A model generated the notes under the pieces. That model was not told the origin of the DNA. It saw only the letters and a list, made by a program, of their open reading frames with translations, and did not search any database. The translations under genes and the position numbers were made by a program. Source: Cylindrospermopsis raciborskii Cr2010 (GTDB lineage: Bacteria > Cyanobacteriota > Cyanobacteriia > Cyanobacteriales > Nostocaceae). From it: DNA of 32,000 nt. Positions 9,774-19,005 of this stretch are shown here, one piece after another; position 1 is the first letter of the stretch; every line of letters begins with the position of its first letter. The stretch is from the NCBI RefSeq assembly GCF_003367075.2, contig NZ_CP065936.1, forward strand, positions 1,050,001-1,082,000. Direction: 5' to 3'.

Positions 9774-11918
9774 TTAGAACCTTTCCCCTATACCAAAGTT
9801 GATGCGGCTATCACCTCCATCACTTATACCATAGTCAATGCGAATAGGACCCAGTGGTGACTGAATACGCAATCCCAAGCCATAACCATAACCGCTCCCA
9901 TTCTTATTGAGGATTTCAGCTGCTCTGGTAGCACTGCCCAGATCAGTACCACAATCAAAAAATAGAGACCCACCAACCACCGAGAATATGGGGAAACGAT
10001 ATTCTGCTGACGCTTGGACATAAGTACGTCCCGCTGCTAACTTACCCTCATCGTAACCCCTCACGGAATTACTTCCCCCCAGGCTAAAGGCTTCATAAGG
10101 TGGTAAATCACCTAATATTGTACCCCCTTGCAGGTTAAAAGCAAGGGTTTCTGGATTTTTAGATCCCAGAAGTTTTATGGGTACGTATTGACTGTAGTTG
10201 GCCTTTACCCTAGACATTAGTATACTACCTTGCCCTATAGGTACAGATTGATCCAGTCCTACACGCAGGTAAGAACCCTTGGTTGGTTGCACTGCATTGT
10301 TCCGGCGATCGCTTTGGGCGCTGAGTTGTAATAAGAACAAATCATCTTCACCGGTGGGGGACTGGGTGAGAGGAATGGTTGGGCTGAGTCGATTGCCACT
10401 GTCATCAAAAATTGCCCCTTGGGGTCTAATATTACCATTGCCATCGCGACTAGAAATCCTTTGATATTGCAACCCTAGGGAGGCAAACCATTCTGGATTC
10501 TCGTATAAATTGGTAGAAAGGGGACGACCAAAAGAAACTCCGCCGCCCAAGCGGGCAATGCGGGGGGTTGCCTGACTATTTACATCAGTAGTATTATCAA
10601 GGTTAAAGGTTTTTATGTTGCTGTCTTTACCTTCAAACACCAAAGAAATGGAACGACGGCGGAAAACATTGGTTGTGTAGGAAGTACGATAGGGATCGCC
10701 GTCAATCCAAGGATCGCTAAATCGCAAGTCAAATAAGAGTTCTCGTTGTCCAATTTGCAGTTCCGATCCCAGCTTTTGGTTTCTACCTGATAGATTTTGT
10801 TCTTGGTAGCTAATGGTACCAAATAATCCACTGGCAGAACTAATACCTCCGCCTACGGCAATGGAACCACTATTGCGCTCAGTCACATTTACTACAACAA
10901 CAACTTTACTAGGGTCTGTTCCCGGGTTAAGGGAGACATTAATATCATCAAATAAACCGAGTCCAAAAACCCTTTGTAGGTCTTTTTGGACGATATTGCG
11001 GTTGAACACTTGACCGGGTTTTAATTGCATTTCCCGCTTGATAATATAGTCTTTTGTTCTTCCCCGAATGGGTCGACCTTTCTCGTCCACATCTTGGCCT
11101 TCCTTATTACGAAAAGCAACCTGGACATTTTCTACTATTCCCTCAGCTACTTGTAAGGTGATCACTCCTGTTTCAGAAACTTTGGGAGCTGCTATTAAGT
11201 TGGCCAGTACGTAACCTTTGTCTTGATACTCTTTGGTTAATTGCGCGATCCCAGCTCGCAAATCACGTAGGTTAATTACTTTACCATATTGCTGACTAAA
11301 GATTTTATCCACGGTATCAGCAGGTATAACAGAAGCCACTCCAGCGCCGGGATTGGCATCTAATTCTACTTTGCTAAGTACGGGATTAAGACTAACTACA
11401 AAAGTTATTCTAACACCTGATGGCGTATCTTCTGGAACTGCTTGTACATTAGTAAAAAACCCAATGGCAAAGATTCCGTTAATATCCTCTTGTAATTGTG
11501 ACCGGGTTGTAGGTTGTCCAGCTTTAGTACGAATAACCTGATAAACTTGGGTTTCTATTTCCGATGGGAGTTGTCCAACCGCTGACTTGACCACCACTTC
11601 TGAAATTAATACTCTAGGTTCTGCTGTTTCTGTTGGTTGTTCTGTATTATTAGGATTAGTTGGTTGACCATCAGGTTGATTATTATCTACTGCATTCCCA
11701 TTGCTATTAGGATCTACTGGTGCTGTTTGGCCAATGAAAGTCTCACCTTTAACACTATATAGATTGCTAGATAATAACTGGCTTGCTTTAGTATTGACTC
11801 CATCTAGTAACTGTTGAGATTGACTAGGCGTTTGTCCACTAGCACTCAAGGAACTTTCCAAGCTGGCAGCTATAGCTACCGTTACCAAAAGCACAGGAGA
11901 TAAATGTTTTTTACTCAT
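9774..11918 (-). CDS. bamA: Omp85/BamA (Toc75-like) outer membrane assembly protein
   Basis: N-terminal signal-like segment, Pro/Asn-rich linker, POTRA repeats (VSEVVVKSAVGQLPSEIETQVYQVI..., FRNKEG...), C-terminal beta-barrel GGSNSVRGYDEGKL ... PLGPIRIDYGI and terminal F. Confidence 0.9.
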   Translation of the reverse strand: MSKKHLSPVLLVTVAIAASLESSLSASGQTPSQSQQLLDGVNTKASQLLSSNLYSVKGETFIGQTAPVDPNSNGNAVDNNQPDGQPTNPNNTEQPTETAEPRVLISEVVVKSAVGQLPSEIETQVYQVIRTKAGQPTTRSQLQEDINGIFAIGFFTNVQAVPEDTPSGVRITFVVSLNPVLSKVELDANPGAGVASVIPADTVDKIFSQQYGKVINLRDLRAGIAQLTKEYQDKGYVLANLIAAPKVSETGVITLQVAEGIVENVQVAFRNKEGQDVDEKGRPIRGRTKDYIIKREMQLKPGQVFNRNIVQKDLQRVFGLGLFDDINVSLNPGTDPSKVVVVVNVTERNSGSIAVGGGISSASGLFGTISYQEQNLSGRNQKLGSELQIGQRELLFDLRFSDPWIDGDPYRTSYTTNVFRRRSISLVFEGKDSNIKTFNLDNTTDVNSQATPRIARLGGGVSFGRPLSTNLYENPEWFASLGLQYQRISSRDGNGNIRPQGAIFDDSGNRLSPTIPLTQSPTGEDDLFLLQLSAQSDRRNNAVQPTKGSYLRVGLDQSVPIGQGSILMSRVKANYSQYVPIKLLGSKNPETLAFNLQGGTILGDLPPYEAFSLGGSNSVRGYDEGKLAAGRTYVQASAEYRFPIFSVVGGSLFFDCGTDLGSATRAAEILNKNGSGYGYGLGLRIQSPLGPIRIDYGISDGGDSRINFGIGERF

Positions 11919-11981
11919 CTTTTAACCACCACACACAATTTAATTTAGTCATTACTAGCTCTTGTTAAGTTCTGGGTTAAC

Positions 11982-12716
11982 CTAAGGTATAACTTTTAGC
12001 AGTCTGGTCAAAACTTCTTGGTAGGCATCTTCCACCTTACCCAAGTCTCGACGAAATCTGTCTTTATCTAGGACGCGATGAATAGGATCTACTTCTGACA
12101 TATCCCATAAACGACAGGTATCAGGACTAATTTCGTCCGCTAACAACAGTTTATGTTGCTGGTCTAAACCAAATTCGAGTTTGAAGTCCACTAAAGTGAT
12201 ACTACACTGTTGCCATAAATCCTGGAGAAAAGTGTTGATTTGTAATGCTAGATGGATAATTTGCCCTACTTGTTCCTCCGTGGCTAATTTCAGCAACGAA
12301 AGGCGCTCCCTGGTCAGCATGGGATCCCCTAGTTTGTCGTCCTTATAGTAAAATTCCACTAGAGGTCTTTCCAATACTGTGCCTAACTCTATTCCCGTCT
12401 GTTGACAAAGACTCCCAGCTGCAATATTTCTCACTACTACTTCCAAGGGCAAAATTTTCAAGGCTTTTACCCTCATTTTTCCAGCACCTGGACTGTCAAT
12501 AAAATGGTTTTCTATACCCTCCTGTGCCATGCGGAGAAACAATTTACTGGAAATGGTGCAGTTTATACTGCCTTTCCCCTGGATACTACCTCGTTTTTTC
12601 GCATTAAATGCGGTTGCATCGTCTTTAAATTCAGCCAATAAAACCTGTGGGTCTTCTGTGGTGTAGATGATTTTGGCTTTACCTTCGTATAGCTTGTTAT
12701 TAGTGTTAACAGACAT
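11982..12716 (-). CDS. purC: Phosphoribosylaminoimidazole-succinocarboxamide synthase (SAICAR synthetase)
   Basis: KLYEGKAKIIYTTEDP, FKDDATAFNAKKRGSIQGKG, VVRNIAAGSL, LLADEISPDTCRLWD motifs. Confidence 0.95.
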   Translation of the reverse strand: MSVNTNNKLYEGKAKIIYTTEDPQVLLAEFKDDATAFNAKKRGSIQGKGSINCTISSKLFLRMAQEGIENHFIDSPGAGKMRVKALKILPLEVVVRNIAAGSLCQQTGIELGTVLERPLVEFYYKDDKLGDPMLTRERLSLLKLATEEQVGQIIHLALQINTFLQDLWQQCSITLVDFKLEFGLDQQHKLLLADEISPDTCRLWDMSEVDPIHRVLDKDRFRRDLGKVEDAYQEVLTRLLKVIP

Positions 12717-12920
12717 GGTGGTAGATTATTTTCCCAGAGCTATGTTTTTGAGCTTAACTATTTTATGATCTGATTTGGTTATACGCCAAATTAACTAAAC
12801 TAATTAGCCAATCTAACCAATAACTAAAAAAATTTGTCATAATCCTAGTTTAACGTTTAGCATTTTCTTACCAAAAAAATACGCATAAGAGCCTTTGTCC
12901 GTCATTTTGTTTGAGAAAGC

Positions 12921-13211
12921 ATGGGATTAATTAAGTATATGGAGAAAAAAATAGTGGACAAAAAAGATGACTTCCTCTATCCCCGTGGTCGCTACTATGG
13001 TCATGTACAACCTGAAAATCTGGTTTTTAATGCCAATCTCCAGGAGTTTGCTCAGAGAGTTAGTTATATTTGTAACTTAGAAACCGGTGGTAAACTTCCC
13101 CCTGAGGATGCTTATGAACAAATCAAGTCTCTATGGAAACAATTAAAACGCTCTAAGAAACAACTCAGAATAGGTAAAAGTTTCCCACCGGAAAGTGAAT
13201 CTGATGCTTAA
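12921..13211 (+). CDS. Small conserved-type cyanobacterial hypothetical protein
   Basis: MGLIKYMEKKIVDKKDDFLYPRGRYYGHVQPENLVFNANLQEFAQRVSYICNLETGGKLPPEDAYEQIKSLWKQLKRSKKQL; a later ATG (residue 7) is also a possible start. Confidence 0.65.
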   Translation: MGLIKYMEKKIVDKKDDFLYPRGRYYGHVQPENLVFNANLQEFAQRVSYICNLETGGKLPPEDAYEQIKSLWKQLKRSKKQLRIGKSFPPESESDA

Positions 13212-14320
13212 TTTAATGTTCTCTGATAGTACTCTTGTAGTTGTCTTACAGCAGCAGACCAACCCATTTGCTCTGCCTTCTTACGGGCATTACTACGCAT
13301 AGCGGCAATCTCCTGTTTTTCTCTTAACAACTTAATTGTGAGGTCAATAGCTTGTTGAATAGGGGCATTGGGGTCAAAAAGATAACCATCGACACCGTCA
13401 GTGACGATGTCGGGAATCCCCCCAGAACGAGCAGCGATTACTGGACAACCTGCAGCCATGGCTTCTAATAATACTAATCCCAGGGTTTCCGTACGGGAGG
13501 GAAAAACAAACACATCGGCACTAGCAAAGGCTGAGGCCAATTGTTGACCTTTGAGGTAACCCACAAAATGGGTATTAGTGTGGGCAAAGTGATTTTGTAA
13601 ATTTTGTCGATGGGGTCCATCCCCCACCAGGGCTAAACGTCCATGGGGAATGGCTTCTAAAATGGGTTTAATTTGTTCGATCTCTTTCTCTGCTGAAAGG
13701 CGACCTACATACAATAGCAGAGTACTGTTTGGATGACCTTGGGATAGGTAGGAGCGCATTTCCTGACTGGCTAAATCAGGATGGAAGAGTTCTGTATCTA
13801 CCCCCGGTTGCCACAAATCCAGCCTTTCTATTCCATGGGCCGCCAACTCCTCAATCATAGCTGTGGAGGTGCACAGATTTAAAGCTGCTTGATTGTGAGT
13901 AATCTTGAGTAACTCCCACAGTAGCCCTTCTAGTACGCTTAGTCCATAATGTTGTAAATACTGAGGCAGATGTGTATGATAGGAGGCTACCAAAGGGATT
14001 TTGTGCAATTTACTGTGCAAAATACCTGATAGCCCTAAAACTGCTGGATTTACCACATGAATTAGATCGGGAGCAAACTGTTGTAATACATGACCAATAG
14101 CAGGACGAGGCAGTGCTAATTTTAACTCTGGATAAAGGGGTAAGGGAAAACCACTAACTCCATACACTTTTGCTCCTTTATATTCTTTAATACCTCCTTC
14201 CGGACAAAACACCATAACCTGATGTCCATCTCGTTGCAGATGGTCAACTGTGTGAGATAGACGGGTGACAATGCCATCAACCTTGGGTAAAAAAGTTTCG
14301 GTGAATAGGGCAATTTTCAT
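13208..14320 (-). CDS. sqdX: Glycosyltransferase family 4, sulfoquinovosyldiacylglycerol synthase
   Basis: MKIALFTETFLPKVDGIVTRLSHTVDHLQ, LYVGRLSAEKEIEQIKP, FPSRTETLGLVLLEAMAAGCPVIAARSGG; adjacent to sqdB. Start at 14320 preferred to track start 14356. Confidence 0.92.
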   Translation of the reverse strand: MKIALFTETFLPKVDGIVTRLSHTVDHLQRDGHQVMVFCPEGGIKEYKGAKVYGVSGFPLPLYPELKLALPRPAIGHVLQQFAPDLIHVVNPAVLGLSGILHSKLHKIPLVASYHTHLPQYLQHYGLSVLEGLLWELLKITHNQAALNLCTSTAMIEELAAHGIERLDLWQPGVDTELFHPDLASQEMRSYLSQGHPNSTLLLYVGRLSAEKEIEQIKPILEAIPHGRLALVGDGPHRQNLQNHFAHTNTHFVGYLKGQQLASAFASADVFVFPSRTETLGLVLLEAMAAGCPVIAARSGGIPDIVTDGVDGYLFDPNAPIQQAIDLTIKLLREKQEIAAMRSNARKKAEQMGWSAAVRQLQEYYQRTLN

Positions 14321-14453
14321 AAAATAGGTGGGGGATACTGTCAGTATTCTCAACATTTATATCTTAATATCATGTATTATAGAATTTTCGGACTCTACCC
14401 CCAACCTTGTCCATCCTAGCTTTGTTTTTTTGTGCCTAGTGGCAAGGTGTCAG

Positions 14454-15620
<1,167 letters not shown>

Positions 15621-15813
15621 TTACTCGCTGATAGCTAAATCTATCAGATTTTTGTATCCTGCGCTATGAATTCCCCACCCCATTAATTTCCCCAAAATGA
15701 ACATTGTTAAGAAATGTAACAAAATAGGCGTTAAACTGGTTTGATGGCTTGACAAGAAAAAAAATAAGAGATAAGGTAGTTTACATACCCGGGTAGGACA
15801 GTTGAATAGTAAT

Positions 15814-16161
15814 ATGCACACAAAGCAGGAAACAAAACAAAAAGTAACGTTGCACTTATCGCCCGAATTACACAGAAAGCTCAAGATTCGCTCAGTTATG
15901 GACTCAGAAACGATGTCAGGGTTAGCAGAGCGAGCAATCAGTTTCTATCTAGCTCATTCAGAGGTGATAGCTGAACTGGAAGAGTCAATTTACGGAGGAA
16001 CCCACAGAGTTTATCCCTGTCCCAGTTGTCTAAGTTCACTAGTTTTAAAGGATGGGGAATTAATAGCCTTGGGTCGCCAACCGGGAATTATTGGACAAGA
16101 TGACCTGTGTATTGAAAGTCAAACCCATCCCAGGACTGAGGAAGAATTAGTACCTTGCTAG
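15814..16161 (+). CDS. Small RHH-like DNA-binding protein with C-terminal CPSC cysteine cluster
   Basis: VTLHLSPELHRKLKIRSVMDSETMSGLAERAISFYLAHSEVIAELEE resembles a ribbon-helix-helix domain; CPSC...C motif downstream. ATG at 15814 preferred over TTG at 15802. Confidence 0.7.
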   Translation: MHTKQETKQKVTLHLSPELHRKLKIRSVMDSETMSGLAERAISFYLAHSEVIAELEESIYGGTHRVYPCPSCLSSLVLKDGELIALGRQPGIIGQDDLCIESQTHPRTEEELVPC

Positions 16162-16265
16162 TTAAAAATTATGAATGGATGAGTGGAAACTTTTAACCCT
16201 TTCCGTTGTTGTTCTGATAACTATAACTGTAGTGTTTCTATAAGGTCTCAAGTAGGTCGATAGAT

Positions 16266-17777
16266 ATGAAAGAAGAGCTAAACATACTTATTCAAGCTCA
16301 ATACCCTTTAATCTACCTTGTGACCTCCGAGGAAGAACGGGCAGAGCAGGCAATTTATACGATGGCCCAGTCGTTAAAATCCCAACGTCGGGTTTACGTA
16401 TGGACTGTAACCCATGGTATTGTGGAATACGGACAGGCTAGGAGTACAAACCAGCACAACACCGTGTCACCAGAGGCGGCTATTGAGTGGGCAATTAGAC
16501 AGAAAGAACCTGGTATATTTATTTTTAAAGATTTACATCCTTTTATTGATGCTCCGGCAACAACTAGATCCCTGCGGGATGCGATCGCCAGTTTTAAAGG
16601 TATGCAAAAGAACATTATTTTAATGTCTCCGATGCAACAAGTACCGATAGAGTTGGAGAAAGAGGTTGTTGTTATTGACTTCCAACTGCCAGACATGACC
16701 GAGTTAAGTAAAGTTCTCACTGCCCACCAGGAGCAGAATAGGGGGCGGCGTTTAACAACCGAAGCTAGGGAGAAACTACTGAGAGCGGCCTTAGGACTGA
16801 CCAAGGACGAAGCCGAGAAAGTATATCGAAAGGCCCAGGTAACGAGTGGGAGGCTGACGGAAGATGAAGTTGATATAGTTTTATCAGAAAAGAAACAGCT
16901 AATTCGCCGTAATGGCATTTTAGAATACATTGAAGAAGATGAAACTATCGAAGCGGTAGGTGGGTTAGAGGAATTAAAGAAGTGGCTAAAACAGAGGTCC
17001 AACGCCTTTACAGAGAGGGCGAGGGAGTATGGATTACCACAACCGAAAGGGATGTTAATTTTAGGAGTTCCTGGCTGCGGGAAGTCACTGATAGCCAAAA
17101 CCACCTCCAGGTTATGGGGATTGCCAATTTTAAGATTGGACATGGGGAGGGTTTATGATGGCTCCATGGTGGGTCGAAGCGAGGCGAACTTGCGTAATGC
17201 TTTAAAAACAGCAGAATCTATTTCCCCAACTATTTTATTCATAGACGAACTGGATAAATCCTTTGCAGGTAGTACGGGGTCTAGCGATTCTGATGGAGGG
17301 ACATCAAGTAGAATTTTTGGTTCCTTCTTGACCTGGATGCAGGAGAAAAAATCTCCAGTATTTGTTATGGCAACAGCTAACCGAGTAGAAAGGTTGCCAG
17401 GAGAGTTTTTAAGAAAAGGTCGCTTTGATGAAATTTTCTTTGTGGACTTACCCACACCGGAAGAACGTCAGGATATCTTTAGGATTCACCTAACCAAAAG
17501 AAGAGAGGAAATTGCTAGATTTGACCTAGAGCAACTAGCCAAGATGTCCGATGGTTTTTCCGGTGCTGAAATAGAGCAGGCAATAATTGCAGCCATGTAT
17601 GAGGCCTTTGCTCAGGATCGGGAGTTCACCCAATTAGATATTATTGCTGCATTGAAGTCTACATTGCCGTTGTCAAGAACGATGCAAGAACAGGTCACAG
17701 CCTTAAGGGACTGGGCCAGACAGCGTGCTAGACCAGCAGCATCCTCCGTAGCTGAGTATCAGCGATTGGAGTTTTAA
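16266..17777 (+). CDS. Ycf46-type AAA+ ATPase
   Basis: Walker A GVPGCGKSLIAK, Walker B TILFIDELDK, second region FVMATANRVERLPGEFLRKGRFDE; N-terminal non-ATPase domain LIQAQYPLIYLVTSEEERA typical of chloroplast Ycf46/cyanobacterial homologs. Confidence 0.9.
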   Translation: MKEELNILIQAQYPLIYLVTSEEERAEQAIYTMAQSLKSQRRVYVWTVTHGIVEYGQARSTNQHNTVSPEAAIEWAIRQKEPGIFIFKDLHPFIDAPATTRSLRDAIASFKGMQKNIILMSPMQQVPIELEKEVVVIDFQLPDMTELSKVLTAHQEQNRGRRLTTEAREKLLRAALGLTKDEAEKVYRKAQVTSGRLTEDEVDIVLSEKKQLIRRNGILEYIEEDETIEAVGGLEELKKWLKQRSNAFTERAREYGLPQPKGMLILGVPGCGKSLIAKTTSRLWGLPILRLDMGRVYDGSMVGRSEANLRNALKTAESISPTILFIDELDKSFAGSTGSSDSDGGTSSRIFGSFLTWMQEKKSPVFVMATANRVERLPGEFLRKGRFDEIFFVDLPTPEERQDIFRIHLTKRREEIARFDLEQLAKMSDGFSGAEIEQAIIAAMYEAFAQDREFTQLDIIAALKSTLPLSRTMQEQVTALRDWARQRARPAASSVAEYQRLEF

Positions 17778-17780
17778 AAG

Positions 17781-17807
17781 CTTTCCTCTGTAAACCAGAG
17801 GGGAAAG
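17781..17807 (+). other. Short imperfect hairpin after Ycf46-type gene
   Basis: CTTTCCTCTG-taaac-CAGAGGGGAAAG, with a 2-nt bulge. Confidence 0.5.
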
Positions 17808-17837
17808 GTTAGTCCACGGGCTAACGGGTTACGAGTT

Positions 17838-17874
17838 AAGCCGCTTCCCAATTAATCCCAGATTAATGCGGCTT
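17838..17874 (+). other. Strong bulged hairpin upstream of ycf35-like gene (terminator, processing or regulatory element)
   Basis: AAGCCGC-ttccca-ATTAAT-cccag-ATTAATGCGGCTT; 7 bp plus 6 bp perfect stems separated by a 6-nt 5' bulge. Confidence 0.6.
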
Positions 17875-17933
17875 TGGTGAAAAAGAAACCGTTGTCGTTT
17901 TTCTCATCAATCTTCTTATTGGAGGAAACCCAA

Positions 17934-18284
17934 ATGTCTCATTTTAGCACTCTGCGTACTAAGATTACTGATGCCGAAATTCTCAAAGCTTCCCTAAGCG
18001 ACCTAGGTATTACTGTAAAAACTGAGGCTGATGTACGTGGTTATAATGGTCAGCGTGTACGTTCGGACATTGTTGCGGTATTAGAAGGCGAGTACGATTT
18101 AGGTTGGTCTCGTAATAGCGATGGTTCTTTCGACCTCATTGCTGATTTATGGGGCGTTGCTAAGAAGCACAACCAGACTGAGCTGATTAACTCTATTAAC
18201 CAAAAATACGCGGTTAACAAAACCCTAGCCGAAGTAAAACAGCGTGGTTTGCAGAATGCTAATGTTAAGTTAGTGTTGCAATAA
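17934..18284 (+). CDS. ycf35: Ycf35 family (DUF1257) protein
   Basis: MSHFSTLRTKITDAEILKASLSDLGITVKTEADVRGYNGQ...; strong SD GGAGG at 17921-17925 supports ATG at 17934 rather than track start 17874. Confidence 0.88.
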   Translation: MSHFSTLRTKITDAEILKASLSDLGITVKTEADVRGYNGQRVRSDIVAVLEGEYDLGWSRNSDGSFDLIADLWGVAKKHNQTELINSINQKYAVNKTLAEVKQRGLQNANVKLVLQ

Positions 18285-18304
18285 TTAATTATCTGCGCGT
18301 TCCC

Positions 18305-18344
18305 AAAGCATAAACGGGTTAACCACAAACTGGTTAGCCCGCTT
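18305..18344 (+). other. Hairpin downstream of ycf35-like gene
   Basis: AAAG-cataaa-CGGGTTAACC-acaaact-GGTTAGCCCG-CTTT; 10-bp stem with one G.U wobble plus outer 4-bp stem. Confidence 0.6.
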
Positions 18345-18377
18345 TCTTACCACTTTTGTGAGTTAATTGAGTTAAAT

Positions 18378-19001
18378 ATGGCTGGTAGAAAAATTCTGCA
18401 AGAGAATCAATCCTACACCTTTAGGTCTTATTTTGAAATGTGCTATGAAGCTGATGAGATTCTAGCCGAATTAGGATATAACCTGTTAAGGAGACATATT
18501 AACTTACCTAAAAGTAATCGTTGTTTAGAAAGACTACAAGAGTTAAAACAAAGGATTGAGGAATATTTAACCTTAGCAAGTTTAAGTAGTGAAACAGCAC
18601 GGCGAGAAGTTTTAGTAGCTCCTACATTGTTAGAAGTGGCCCGTTATTGTCAGTGTCAGGTCAGAATTGAATACCCACTATTCGTGAATAACTGGTTAAA
18701 AGGCAATTTAGATTATTTTCTCAAGGGAAATCTTGGTTTACTCGTGGTTGAGGCTAAAAATGACGATTTGACCAGAGGTTTTACCCAGTTGGCGGTGGAA
18801 TTAATTGCCATTTCTCAGGTGGAACCAGGCGATGTTTTTTATGGTTGTGTAACCATTGGTGATGCTTGGCGTTTTGGTCGGTTAGAGAAAATGCAGCAAC
18901 AAATTTTCCAGGATATCTCGTTGTATCGTATTCCAGATGATTTAGAGAGTTTAATGGGGGTCTTGCTGGGAATTGTAGAGTCAAGACCCGTGCTGAACTA
19001 G
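18378..19001 (+). CDS. Hypothetical protein with PD-(D/E)XK nuclease-like signature
   Basis: LDYFLKGNLGLLVVEAKNDDLTRGFTQLAVELIAI: D(x12)EAK followed by a Gln-containing helix; same strand as the preceding Ycf46/Ycf35 genes. Confidence 0.65.
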   Translation: MAGRKILQENQSYTFRSYFEMCYEADEILAELGYNLLRRHINLPKSNRCLERLQELKQRIEEYLTLASLSSETARREVLVAPTLLEVARYCQCQVRIEYPLFVNNWLKGNLDYFLKGNLGLLVVEAKNDDLTRGFTQLAVELIAISQVEPGDVFYGCVTIGDAWRFGRLEKMQQQIFQDISLYRIPDDLESLMGVLLGIVESRPVLN

Positions 19002-19005
19002 GTAA

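Noticed and set aside
11800-12000. purC-bamA-CHAT same-strand cluster as a functional unit
   Set aside because: purC and bamA are core genes commonly adjacent by chance; nothing in the sequence supports a joint function with the CHAT gene.
12717-12920. AT-rich spacer with recurring taact/ctaa words as a possible iteron array
   Set aside because: Words are irregularly spaced and low-complexity; likely an ordinary divergent promoter region.
16394-17455. Long antisense ORFs (249 aa and 100 aa) opposite the AAA+ gene
   Set aside because: No plausible protein features; explained as shadow ORFs of a strongly coding plus strand.
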